Part shown: positions 8,184 through 17,324 of the stretch, one piece after another
How positions within the stretch are numbered: position 1 is the first letter of the stretch
How the letters are laid out: each line of letters opens with the position of its first letter
NCBI GenBank assembly: GCA_945949405.1
Contig: CAMFEP010000001.1
Span: 1 to 53,002 of the forward strand
DNA from: Kiritimatiellales bacterium
GTDB lineage: Bacteria; Verrucomicrobiota; Kiritimatiellia; UBA8416; JAIOPI01
Reading direction: 5' to 3'
Length of the DNA: 53,002 nt
Made by a program: the position numbers and the translations under genes
The notes under the pieces: model-generated
Databases searched by the model: none
What the model saw: only the letters and a program-made list of their open reading frames with translations
What the model was told of the DNA's origin: nothing

Positions 8184-8963
8184 ATGGCGACCACAAAACC
8201 GTCACCCGCAATCGTCCTACTCGCCCTTGCCGCGCAGGCCGTGCCCGCGCTCCACGCCGGCGATGTCACCGTATTCGCCGCCGCGAGCCTGACGGATGCG
8301 CTCACGGAAATCGCCGGCTCCTATGAACAACAGTCGGGCGACCAGATCGTGTTCAGCTTCGGTTCGTCCAGCACACTTGCCCGACAAATTGAAGCGGGCG
8401 CACCCGCCGATCTCTTTTTCTCCGCCGACGCGGCGAAGATGGACGGGTTGGAGAAGAACAACCGGATCAGGAAGGACACACGCAAAAGCCTGCTGGAAAA
8501 CCAACTCGTGATCGTGGTGGCAGCGGAAGCGGGCGCCCCGGTCCAGACGCCACAGGATCTGGCGCAAGCGGGCGTGACGCGCATTGCGCTGGGTGATCCG
8601 AAGGCCGCGCCCATCGGGGTCTATGCAAAGGAATATCTGGCGGGGTTGGGGTTGTGGGCGGACATTGAGCCAAAGGTGGTGGCCACCGAGAACGTGCGCG
8701 CGGCCATGGCGGCGGTTGAGGCCGGCAACGCGGCCGCGAGCATCGTGTACAAGACCGATGCCGCCGTTTCACAGAAGGTCAAGGTCGTGTTCCAGGTGCC
8801 GCTGGCGGAGGGGCCAAAAATTACCTACCCGGTCGCGCTGGTGCAGGACACGCCGCACGCCGCGGCGGCGACGCGCTTTCTCGAGCATCTCTGCACGGAT
8901 ACCGCCGGACGCGTGTTTCGACAATTCGGGTTTATTGTGACGCCGCCGCCGCAAGCACCATGA
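8184..8963 (+). CDS. modA: Molybdate ABC transporter substrate-binding protein
   Basis: ATG 8184 within ORF 7812..8963. Signal peptide MATTKPSPAIVLLALAAQAVPALHA, then VTVFAAASLTDALTEIAGSYEQQSGDQIVFSFGSSSTLARQIEAGAPADLFFSAD. ATGA overlap with modB. Confidence 0.9.
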   Translation: MATTKPSPAIVLLALAAQAVPALHAGDVTVFAAASLTDALTEIAGSYEQQSGDQIVFSFGSSSTLARQIEAGAPADLFFSADAAKMDGLEKNNRIRKDTRKSLLENQLVIVVAAEAGAPVQTPQDLAQAGVTRIALGDPKAAPIGVYAKEYLAGLGLWADIEPKVVATENVRAAMAAVEAGNAAASIVYKTDAAVSQKVKVVFQVPLAEGPKITYPVALVQDTPHAAAATRFLEHLCTDTAGRVFRQFGFIVTPPPQAP

Positions 8964-9628
8964 CCAGCGAAGCATGGCAGCTCGTCGGATTTACCGTGCG
9001 AATGGCCGTGATCAGCACGTTGCTGATGCTGCCTTTCGGACTTGCGATCGCCTGGGGCCTGGCCCGCTGGCGCGGCCGGGGCAGGGTGCTGGCGGAAACC
9101 GTGGTGATGATGCCGCTGGTGTTGCCGCCGGTGGTCACCGGGCTAATTCTGCTCGCCCTGTTTGGGCGGCACGGCCCCATCGGGCGGTGGCTGCATACGC
9201 AATTTGGCATGGATGTTGTCTTCACCTGGCGGGCGGTCGTCGCGGCGCTGGTGGTTATGTCGTTGCCGCTCTTCGTGCGCGCGGCGCAGACGGCGTTTGA
9301 GGAAGTCGATCCGTTGTGTGAGCAGATGGCCCGCACCCAGGGCGCGAGGGAGTGGCAGGTATTTTTGTTTGTGACCCTGCCCCTTGCGCGGCGCGGCATT
9401 GTGGCGGGGCTGCTGCTCGCCTTTGCCCGCGCGCTGGGCGAATTCGGGGCGACGATCATGGTGGCGGGAAACATTTCGGGGCAGACGACCACGATGTCGG
9501 TGGCCATCTACCAGGCTGTGCAACTTGGGCAGGATGGGCACGCCTGGATGCTTGCGGGCGTTTCGGCGGCGATCGCTTTTGGCGCCGTTTGGGGAAGCGG
9601 CTTGCTGTTGCGCCGCCACAAGGCGTGA
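8960..9628 (+). CDS. modB: Molybdate ABC transporter permease
   Basis: 222 aa, multi-TM. LPFGLAIAWGLARWRGRGRVLAETVVMMPLVLPPVVTGLILL and FARALGEFGATIMVAGNI are ModB-like. Confidence 0.9.
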   Translation: MTSEAWQLVGFTVRMAVISTLLMLPFGLAIAWGLARWRGRGRVLAETVVMMPLVLPPVVTGLILLALFGRHGPIGRWLHTQFGMDVVFTWRAVVAALVVMSLPLFVRAAQTAFEEVDPLCEQMARTQGAREWQVFLFVTLPLARRGIVAGLLLAFARALGEFGATIMVAGNISGQTTTMSVAIYQAVQLGQDGHAWMLAGVSAAIAFGAVWGSGLLLRRHKA

Positions 9629-9700
9629 ACGAAGAACGCAGGGTCCGGATTTACGCAAATCGTCCAGAGATATAAACGCACCGGCGGCACGGCGCCAACC

Positions 9701-10045
9701 TTGCCGCCGCGTTGGCGCGTGCCGTTTTCGGCTGTCGGCGCTGCGGTAGCGCCCCGCCAGGATTGCCGCGATATCCACGGCTCGCATCGGGAACCCGTGC
9801 TGGACGTGATGCGCGGCCCCGGCGCCGGAGGGTTGGACGCCATTCTTTGTGGGAAAGATTACGAATGGGGGCAGGACGATTACCGGTGCGGGGACATGAT
9901 CACGTTCACCAGCCACACCGTGCACAAAGGGTTGCCGAACCAGATTGGCAATCGCATTCGAATCTCGTGCGACATCCGCTGCCAACCGGCGGATGAGGAG
10001 GTCGAGGAGCACTCGCTTCAGCCCCACCGAAACGTTGGCACATAG
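9701..10045 (+). pseudogene. C-terminal fragment of a PhyH-family dioxygenase
   Basis: Only the distal half is recognisable: IHGSHREPVLD...GDMITFTSHTVHKGLPNQIGNRIRISCDIRCQP. The N-terminal about 130 aa, including the HxD iron-binding motif, is absent. It sits where modC would be expected. Confidence 0.55.
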
Positions 10046-11094
10046 ATGCCGGATACCGGGAAATTCAAGCACCGGTTGTTTGCGAGCCTAGAGTGCGCGT
10101 TGGAGGATTGGTATTTACATTCAACCTGGGCGCAGGCGAGTTTTGCGCGCGACCCCACTCAGTGCGCGCCGATCGAACCGCTGGATTAACGCATCGAAGC
10201 CATCTCCGCGCCCGAACGCCATCGCGCGCGCCGCCATGAGGCCCCGCAGCTGTATGCGTGGTTCGTGAAGTCTTACAATGGGTGGGGCTGGGAGAAGTGG
10301 CCCAAGGTCTATATTCCGTACCCGACGCGGCCGGGCCGATACGTCACCATTCACGAGAACCAGCGCCCGATCCCTGCCGGCGGATGCTACGGATTTCTCG
10401 ACGCGGTGCACGGCGGCTGGATGACACGCATCGAAAATCATCCGTCCCCATCGGCTTCGAGATTTGCTGGATGCTATTCCGGATCGATTCGTCGTATCTG
10501 ATCGCGGATGCGATGCTGGAGGCGACGGTTGTGCGCGCCGGCACGAACAACACGCTCACTTTCAGCCTGTCCGCGGACAAGGGCGATACATGGCGCGACG
10601 TGTGGACCAGCCGGGCGCTCGGCGCGCAAACGGTGTCCGTGAACATCGGACAGGCGCCCTGGCGGACGAATGAAATTTCGGCGGTGAGCCAGTACGGCTA
10701 TCTGCTGCGCGTGAAGATGCGCGCGGAGAATCCCGCGGGAATCGGATTGAACGGTTTGGAGATTTCCAGCGATCTGGAAATCAATATGTGCACGCTGCCG
10801 AGGCTGCAGCCGGGCCAAAACCGCATCACGCTCTCCGCTGCAGGCGCGGCGCCGCACGATCAACTACATGCCACCTTTTGCTGGGATGACCGGGCCGGCG
10901 TCGCGCGAGGGGACGTGCATCAACTTTCCGGCCCGCGCGATGTTTACACCATTCGCACGCGCGCCCGGAAACCGGACGACATCACGATGCGCTTCCTGCG
11001 CCTGGAAAACCCGGCGCCATCAGAAGGCGGCGAGGCGGCTATTGCGGGCAGCCGTGCCCCTGGAGCTGATCGTGGTTCGCCAGCAAGTCCGTGA
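10046..11094 (+). pseudogene. Disrupted gene of unknown function (in-frame TAA at 10187, frameshift near 10440)
   Basis: From ATG 10046: MPDTGKFKHRLFASLECALEDWYLHSTWAQASFARDPTQCAPIEPLD, then TAA, and the same frame continues RIEAISAPE...SYNGWGWEKWPKVYIPYPTRPGRYVTIHENQRPIPAGGCYGFLDAVHGGWMTRIENHP. Coding-like sequence then shifts to the frame of ORF 10258..11094 (IGFEICWMLFRIDSSYLIADAMLEATVV...). The 3' end is uncertain and overlaps the next gene's end. Confidence 0.5.
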
Positions 11095-11842
11095 CGCGCG
11101 CCTGGACCGCCGCCACGATGGCGGCCACCGCCTGCGCGCCGAACGCGGCGCTGGACTCCCGCACGCCGTTGTCGGAAACGCCGACGAAATAGGCGTCGGG
11201 GCCGGATGGAAGCGCGGCGAGATCCTGCATGCCGGGATCGAGATGCATGAGGAGCGAGGTTTCCCATTTGCCGGCATGATCGCCGCAGGGCGTGAACCGG
11301 CCCTTGACCAGCTCGTAGCCGCACATGGCCCAGGCCAGCATCTTGGGGCGTGGCTGCTCCTGGTGAAAAAGCGCGGCGGCGGCGCGGGCGTGGTCGAGCA
11401 GCGGGTAATGGCCGGCATTGATCACCAGCACCTTGAAGCCCAGGCTGCGGATTTCGTGCAGCATGTGCATGAGCAGCATCTGGTAAAGGCGGTTCTGTTC
11501 GGCAACGGGCGTCATCATGTAGCCGGGATCAAAGTTTGCCGACGGTAGCCCCATGGCGGCGGCCATCTTGCCGCGCTCGCCGGAGTTGGCGTCCATGAGC
11601 GCCTGCTCCCGGTTCTCGCCGTAATAGAGGGGCGGGAGAACCAGCCCTCCGATCTGGCGCGCGCAGGCGAGCATCAGGGCGTGGCTTTTCAAGGCGTCGA
11701 GGCCGACAGGGTTGTGCAGGCCATGCCATTCCAGCGTGCCGAGAGGCAGATAGGCGACGGGGCAGGCGGCGCGCGCCGCGGCAATTTGCGCCGGACGCAG
11801 GCGTTCGTATTGCACGTCGTGTGGCGGAGTCATGCGCAGCAC
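11039..11842 (-). CDS. Creatininase (creatinine amidohydrolase) family protein
   Basis: 267 aa. VAYLPLGTLEWHGLHNPVGLDALKS and VLVINAGHYP are typical of the family. Confidence 0.8.
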   Translation of the reverse strand: MLRMTPPHDVQYERLRPAQIAAARAACPVAYLPLGTLEWHGLHNPVGLDALKSHALMLACARQIGGLVLPPLYYGENREQALMDANSGERGKMAAAMGLPSANFDPGYMMTPVAEQNRLYQMLLMHMLHEIRSLGFKVLVINAGHYPLLDHARAAAALFHQEQPRPKMLAWAMCGYELVKGRFTPCGDHAGKWETSLLMHLDPGMQDLAALPSGPDAYFVGVSDNGVRESSAAFGAQAVAAIVAAVQARVTDLLANHDQLQGHGCPQ

Positions 11843-11889
11843 TTTGCCGTGTCGTCACCGGCTTGTGCAAGCCTGCTTTGGCCTCCGCG

Positions 11890-13332
11890 CTACAGCATGA
11901 AGCCAAGGTCGGGATTGGGGAAGCGGGAGAGGTTGGGGAAGACGGTGGCGAGGTCGGGGCCGGTGACGCCGAACCATTTCGCGAGGGTGGCGGCGTATTC
12001 GTCCACGCTGGTGGTGGGGATGTAGCGACCGCGGCCGCTGGTGGTGTTCACATCATCCGGCCCGTTGACCTGTAGCGAGGGCACTTGCCCATAAATGTCG
12101 CCACCCTTCACCGCACCGCCCATGACAAACATGTGCGTGCCCCAGGCGTGGTCGCTGCCGGCGGTGGTGGGGTCGCTCTTGTTGGGGGTGAGGGTGCGGC
12201 TGAAATCGCTGGCACCGAAGGTGGTCACCTGGTTTTGCACGCCCAGTTCCACGGTCGCGGTGTAGAAGGCGGCGAGGGAGCTGTTCAAGTCGGCGAGCAG
12301 GGCGTCGTGGGTGGCGGCCTGGTTGTCATGCGTGTCAAAGCCGTCGAGGACCACGAAGAAAATCTGGCGTTTCTGGCAGAGGTGTTCGCGGGCGGCGATC
12401 AATTTGGCCACCATACCGAGCTGTCCGCCAAGGAGGGACGGCGGAAATGCTGTGGCGACGGTGATGCCGGTCAGCGCGGCGGTGAGCAGTTGGTCGGCAT
12501 CGTAGGCCCGGTTGACCACGGAGGCATAGGCGCCCTGCATCAGGTTGGGGTTGCCCATCGCCATCAGGTCGCGGAACGCGCGCAGCCGCGCGCCTTGGTT
12601 GTTGGTCTTGTAGGACCCGTCGCCGTTGAGCGCGTTGGCGTAGGCCGTGCCGTAGCCGGAGAGGGGGATGGAGCCGGCGGTGGAGACGGCATAGGGCGCG
12701 GTGGCCACGCCGACCTGGTAATTGTTGAGACCGGCGAGGGTCATGGAGATCGAAATTTGCGCGCCCAGGTCGTTGTTGGCGGCCACGAGCAAGTCGGCCA
12801 TGCGCCCGCCCCAGCCCGTGGTGAAGGACTGATCGGGCAGGCTGGACTGCCATTGGATCTGCTGGTCGCTGTGCGAAAACAATTGTGCGGGAAGCGGGAC
12901 GCCATTGGCGGTGTAGAGGGTTTTGGTGGTGGGGACCACGAGGGTGCCCACGTTGGCGACCATGGCCAGCGCGCCGGAATCGAAGAGCGGCTTGAGCGAG
13001 GACAACACGGGATTCAGGCCGTACGTGGAGCCGTCGGAGTAGGTCAGGGGCGCCAGCGACAGCAGGCCGGCGGAGGGCAAGGCGAGTACGCCGCGCCCGT
13101 CGTCGTAGTGCGTGCGGTTGGCGCCGCTGACCGGCGCGAGCCAGTTATGCGTGTCGTTGCCGCCGCGCATGAAGACACAGACCAGCGATTTGTAATCCGG
13201 GATCGGGCCGCAATTGGCGGCGAGGGCGCTGCCGATGCCCTTGAGATGAAAGAGGGTGTTCATCACCGCGCTGGAGGTGAGCAGGGTGCAGGCGGATTGT
13301 TTCAGAAAACGACGTCGGCTGATGATGTGCAT
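11890..13332 (-). CDS. DUF1501 domain protein (sulfatase-like fold) with twin-arginine signal
   Basis: 480 aa. MHIISRRRFLKQSA (Tat motif), FMRGGNDTHNWLAP, LDGFDTHDNQ, GSDHAWGTHMFVMGGAVKGGDIYG. Lies 13 bp downstream of the DUF1800 gene, the usual pairing. Confidence 0.85.
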   Translation of the reverse strand: MHIISRRRFLKQSACTLLTSSAVMNTLFHLKGIGSALAANCGPIPDYKSLVCVFMRGGNDTHNWLAPVSGANRTHYDDGRGVLALPSAGLLSLAPLTYSDGSTYGLNPVLSSLKPLFDSGALAMVANVGTLVVPTTKTLYTANGVPLPAQLFSHSDQQIQWQSSLPDQSFTTGWGGRMADLLVAANNDLGAQISISMTLAGLNNYQVGVATAPYAVSTAGSIPLSGYGTAYANALNGDGSYKTNNQGARLRAFRDLMAMGNPNLMQGAYASVVNRAYDADQLLTAALTGITVATAFPPSLLGGQLGMVAKLIAAREHLCQKRQIFFVVLDGFDTHDNQAATHDALLADLNSSLAAFYTATVELGVQNQVTTFGASDFSRTLTPNKSDPTTAGSDHAWGTHMFVMGGAVKGGDIYGQVPSLQVNGPDDVNTTSGRGRYIPTTSVDEYAATLAKWFGVTGPDLATVFPNLSRFPNPDLGFML

Positions 13333-13345
13333 GGCGCCTCCGGGG

Positions 13346-16300
13346 TCAGCGTTGGATCACATAGTCGGGGCTGTTGAAGAACAGGTAAATCGCGGTCTTG
13401 ATGCGCTCGTTGTCCTGGGTGGAGCCGGGAATGGCGATGGTGGCATTGAGGGCATTGGTGACGATGGTGCGCGCGCCCGACGAGAGGGATTGGTGCGTGA
13501 GCAGTCCGTTGAGGTAGTCGACCAGGCCGGAAACGCCGCCGGACGTGAGGGCGCTTTGCGTCGCCGTGGTATTGAGGGCGACCCGCGCCTGCAGGGCGTT
13601 ATATCCCGGGGGCAATTCGGCGGCGAACCCGCCGATGGTGTTGCCGCCGTTGCCGGTCCAGAACGCGCCACTGAAGAGGTTGGCGAGGTTGAACATCTGG
13701 GTTTCCGTGGCGATTTCAAATTCCGGGGAATCCAGGCCGGCGGCGGAGACGGGGCCGGGGGCGCTGTAATCGGGGTGCCACCAGTTGAAGACGCTGGGCG
13801 CGTTCAGGGGGAGCTGTCCGAGGCCGCCAACCGCGTTACCGAAGCGGATCTGGGAGGCGTTCGCCGCGTATGGGTTGGTATAGCCCTGGGGGGCGAGGAC
13901 GCTGACCGGAATGGAACTCGTTGCGCTGAAGGCGCGCAGCAGGTGTGTCATCTCCAGCAGGGGTTCGCGCATTTTGCCATAGCCTACCTGGCTGGCGACG
14001 GAGAGCGTACGCGCTTCCGGGTCGAGCAGGATGGCGCGGACCACGGCGCCCAGGTTGCCGCGCACCCCCGTGCCGTCGTTCACGAAGGCTTGCGCCACGC
14101 GATACACATAGCCGCGGCTGGGGTTGCTGGTGACGAGGCGCTGGATCAGGCGGCGGGCGATGAAGGCGGGCGTGTTGGGGTGGTTGAACAGCGCATCCAT
14201 GGCGGTGTCGAGGTCCTGGTCCCCGGTCTGGTTGGCGGGAATATGGACATCGCCCACGATGGTTTTGGCGGCGGTCTCGTGCTGGGGCGCGAACATTTTG
14301 AGCGGATGGTAATAGGCGGCCTGGGCGTATTGGGCGCCGCCGCGGTAGCCGAAGCTGTTGTTGTCGGTGATGGCGCCGTTGTTGCTCCAGTTGGTCGGCG
14401 AAGCGAGCCCGCCCGTCTGGGTCTTGCTGTAGGCCCAGCCGGTGAAGACCTTGGCCAGTTCGGTGATGTCCGTGTTGTCATAGGTGGAGAGGGGCAGGCC
14501 GTTGGTGGCGTCGAGCCGCAAGGTTCCGTCGGGGTGGAGTTCCACCAAACCGATGGAAAACAACTGCATGATTTCGCGAGCATAATTTTCATCGGGGCTG
14601 ACGCCGGTGGTGGCGTTGTATTTCTCGTTCTGCACCATGGAGAGGTAATTCGCCATGATCGGGTGCAGGGTGACGTCCTCCAGCAGGGTGCGGAAATTGC
14701 CGAAAGCGTTGCGCGCGAGCGTGTCCCAATAATCGGCGGTGCCGTAATGGCGATTGCGGACCGTGCTGTTGTTGACGGAGACCACGAAAATTTCGCTCAA
14801 GGCAAAGGCCACGCGCTGGCGGAGCTGATCCTGGGCATGCACGGACATGGTCCACCAGCCATGGATCAGGCTTTGGAAGAAGGGCTGAAACGTGGAGCTG
14901 GCATTGGTCTGGGCGTTATTCTGGGCCACGACCCAGTTGTCGGCGGACAGCACGAACGGCAGCAGCGTCGTGTGCGGGGTCAGGTTGGTGTTCATCTGGT
15001 CATCGAGCCAGCCGGAAAGGCCGCGCGTCATCACGTTGGTAAAGAGCGCGTCCGTCTGACCGAAGGAGGCCTGGGCGATGAAGCGCTGCACGTCCTGGGC
15101 GAGTTGGGCGTTGGTGTAGGCGGGCGGCGGGGTGGCGGGTGGCGGGGCGGTGAAATTGATGGAGCCCTCGGTGCGTTGGAACAAGCCTTCGATTTCGCCG
15201 GACGGATAGTTGGTGCTGTGGATGTTGACGTAAACCTCATTCGCGACGAGGGCGTCGAGCAGGGCCTGATCGCTGGTGAATCCGCCCGTTCCGTTGGTCG
15301 GGAAGGTCCAGATGTGGTTCAGGATCTGCCCCAGTTCGAGGCTCTCCATGATGGCCGAGGTGTTGTGGTCGTGCAGGTGGGCGGAGGTCTGCGGGGCGAC
15401 GAGGCCCGAGAAGGTGACGGAGACGCGGGCCGAGGCATGGTCGCCAGAGAGGAACAGCGTGCCGTAACCACTGGCGGATGAGACAACCCCGGCATCGGCT
15501 TCCAGAGGCGTGTAGAACAAAATTTCTTCGCCGCTCTCGTCGTCGAGCAGGCGGATAGCTCCGGAGTTTGTCGACGCCAGCGCGTAGTTCGTGCCGGGCT
15601 GGAGTGTCACGTTCAGATATTCGGGGACTTCCAACACATCGTCGGCAATGGGGGTGAGCGGCAGATCCAGTTCGTTCTGGCCGAAGGCGAGCGTGGCCTG
15701 GCCGGAGAAGGTTTCCACATAATCGACGCCCTGCACGGGGCGGCCCGCGACGGCGTAGGGGGCGGTGATGGCGCGCAACCCGCCCGTGCGGACGATGCGC
15801 AGCAGGCCGGGGCCCGGTTGGTTGGTAAGGTTGCGTTCATAAGCCGTGCCTTGCAGGACCTCCACGCGCAAGGTGGTGGGGTTGGTCAGGATGGCGGAGA
15901 GGGCCACGAGGTCGGGTGTTCCGGTGGACGTTTCGGCCTGGTTGGGATTGAAACCAGCCAGGAGTTCCGCCCAGTCATTGATTCCGTCGGCATCGCTGTC
16001 CACATCCGAAACTTGAATGCGAAAAAACTGGAGGGCGTTTGTTTGCGGGAAGACGACCTCCAGGTCGCCGTCCGTCCCGTCCAGCACCGGCTCCCAATCC
16101 AGCCAGGCCAGCAAGTTGGTGCTGATCTGCGGGAGGTAGCGCTTGCCGATTTCAGACAGCCACCGCAGGGTTGTGGCCGTGTAGTTGACGGGCTGGGCGT
16201 CCGCAAGGCGGAAGCACGAGGCCGAATCGAGCGGATCGGTGCCCGCAGTGCTTTCCCTGGCGTTGTCGGCCCCATCGCCATCCGAATCCACGCCCGGCGC

Positions 16301-16450
16301 CAAGTCCTCGGCCCCGAAATACTGCTGCCAGACGTCATCCATGCCGTCGGCATCGAGATCGACCGCGTGGGCGGAGGAGAGGGGGAGCAGGATTAGCGCG
16401 CCGAGCAGCGGGGCGACACGCGAAAAGCAAAAGGTATGTGAGCCAAACAT
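13346..16450 (-). CDS. DUF1800 protein with N-terminal TSP3-like repeats, Calx-beta and CHRD domains
   Basis: ORF 13346..16486, start taken at MFGSHTFCFSRVAPLLGALILLPLSSAHA (ATG 16450). TSP3-like: DLDADGMDD...DSDGDGADNARESTAGTDPLD. Calx-beta-like: GVDYVETFSGQATLAFGQNELDLPLTPIADDVLEVPEYLNVTL. CHRD-like: SAHLHDHN...VYVNIHSTNYPSGEIEG. DUF1800 core: FGNFRTLLEDVTLHPIMANYL...PDENYAREIMQLFSIG...ELAKVFTGWAY. Confidence 0.8.
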   Translation of the reverse strand: MFGSHTFCFSRVAPLLGALILLPLSSAHAVDLDADGMDDVWQQYFGAEDLAPGVDSDGDGADNARESTAGTDPLDSASCFRLADAQPVNYTATTLRWLSEIGKRYLPQISTNLLAWLDWEPVLDGTDGDLEVVFPQTNALQFFRIQVSDVDSDADGINDWAELLAGFNPNQAETSTGTPDLVALSAILTNPTTLRVEVLQGTAYERNLTNQPGPGLLRIVRTGGLRAITAPYAVAGRPVQGVDYVETFSGQATLAFGQNELDLPLTPIADDVLEVPEYLNVTLQPGTNYALASTNSGAIRLLDDESGEEILFYTPLEADAGVVSSASGYGTLFLSGDHASARVSVTFSGLVAPQTSAHLHDHNTSAIMESLELGQILNHIWTFPTNGTGGFTSDQALLDALVANEVYVNIHSTNYPSGEIEGLFQRTEGSINFTAPPPATPPPAYTNAQLAQDVQRFIAQASFGQTDALFTNVMTRGLSGWLDDQMNTNLTPHTTLLPFVLSADNWVVAQNNAQTNASSTFQPFFQSLIHGWWTMSVHAQDQLRQRVAFALSEIFVVSVNNSTVRNRHYGTADYWDTLARNAFGNFRTLLEDVTLHPIMANYLSMVQNEKYNATTGVSPDENYAREIMQLFSIGLVELHPDGTLRLDATNGLPLSTYDNTDITELAKVFTGWAYSKTQTGGLASPTNWSNNGAITDNNSFGYRGGAQYAQAAYYHPLKMFAPQHETAAKTIVGDVHIPANQTGDQDLDTAMDALFNHPNTPAFIARRLIQRLVTSNPSRGYVYRVAQAFVNDGTGVRGNLGAVVRAILLDPEARTLSVASQVGYGKMREPLLEMTHLLRAFSATSSIPVSVLAPQGYTNPYAANASQIRFGNAVGGLGQLPLNAPSVFNWWHPDYSAPGPVSAAGLDSPEFEIATETQMFNLANLFSGAFWTGNGGNTIGGFAAELPPGYNALQARVALNTTATQSALTSGGVSGLVDYLNGLLTHQSLSSGARTIVTNALNATIAIPGSTQDNERIKTAIYLFFNSPDYVIQR

Positions 16451-16609
16451 GAGGCATTCTCCGCCATGCGTGAACCTGAAGAACAAACGCAGGGCTTTCG
16501 TTGTTTATTGTAGCCGATTTGGGGTGGCCACAAAAGGCACAACATCACACACGGGGACCGATCAGGGGGCCGATCAGGGCGGACCCGGGAGGGTGGCGCG
16601 GGTAAGCCC

Positions 16610-17320
16610 CTAAATCAAATCGAACAGCAGCGCTTCGGCGTCCGCGCCGGCCCGGATCTCGGCGGAGCCGGGTTGATCCAGGCTTGCGCCGTCGCCTGTG
16701 TTGAGGGGGATGCCGTTGAAGGTCAGGTTGCCGCGCATGACCTGTAGCCAGAGCCCGCGGCCTTGCCGCAGCGCGTGGCTGACGGCCTGGCCGTTGTGCA
16801 GGATCAATCGGTAGACTTCGGCGTCCTGGTGGATGATCGCGGAGCCATCGCGGCCGTCGGGGGAGATCACGAGGACTTTGGCCGTCGTGGCGTGAGCCGG
16901 TTGCGGGAGCCATTCGGTGTAGCTGGGCGTGAGCCCGCGTTCGCGCGGCAGAATCCAAATCTGGAGCATGTGGGTGAGCGCGGAGGGGTTGGGGTTGTAC
17001 TCGCTGTGGGTCACGCCACGGCCCGCGCTCATCAATTGGATTTGCCCCGGCTTGAGCACGCGTTCGTTGCCCATGCTGTCCTTGTGCGCCAGCGCGCCTT
17101 CCAGCACATAGCTGAAGATTTCCATGTCGCGGTGCGGATGCGTGGGAAACCCGCCGCCACCGGCTATGTGGTCCTCGTTGATCACGCGCAGGGTTTTGAA
17201 GCCCATGTGCGCCGGATCGTGATATTCGCCAAACGAAAAGGAATGCCGGCTTTTCAGCCAGCCAAAGTCCGCCAGGCCCCGGGCATCGGCGGGGCGCACG
17301 GTGATCGCGTCGTGTTTCAT
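16610..17320 (-). CDS. Pirin family protein (YhhW-like)
   Basis: ORF 16610..17335. ATG 17320 (MKHDAITVRPADARG) is preferred, since AGGA lies 8 nt upstream and it matches pirin N-termini. Motifs: GWLKSRHSFSFGEYHDPAHMGF, FPTHPHRDMEIFSYVLEGALAHKDSMGN. Confidence 0.85.
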   Translation of the reverse strand: MKHDAITVRPADARGLADFGWLKSRHSFSFGEYHDPAHMGFKTLRVINEDHIAGGGGFPTHPHRDMEIFSYVLEGALAHKDSMGNERVLKPGQIQLMSAGRGVTHSEYNPNPSALTHMLQIWILPRERGLTPSYTEWLPQPAHATTAKVLVISPDGRDGSAIIHQDAEVYRLILHNGQAVSHALRQGRGLWLQVMRGNLTFNGIPLNTGDGASLDQPGSAEIRAGADAEALLFDLI

Positions 17321-17324
17321 GTTT

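Noticed and set aside
9143-10072. 309-aa minus-strand ORF as a candidate for the missing modC or another gene
   Set aside because: It has no Walker A/B or ABC signature, an Arg/Pro-rich shadow composition, and it overlaps modB antisense.
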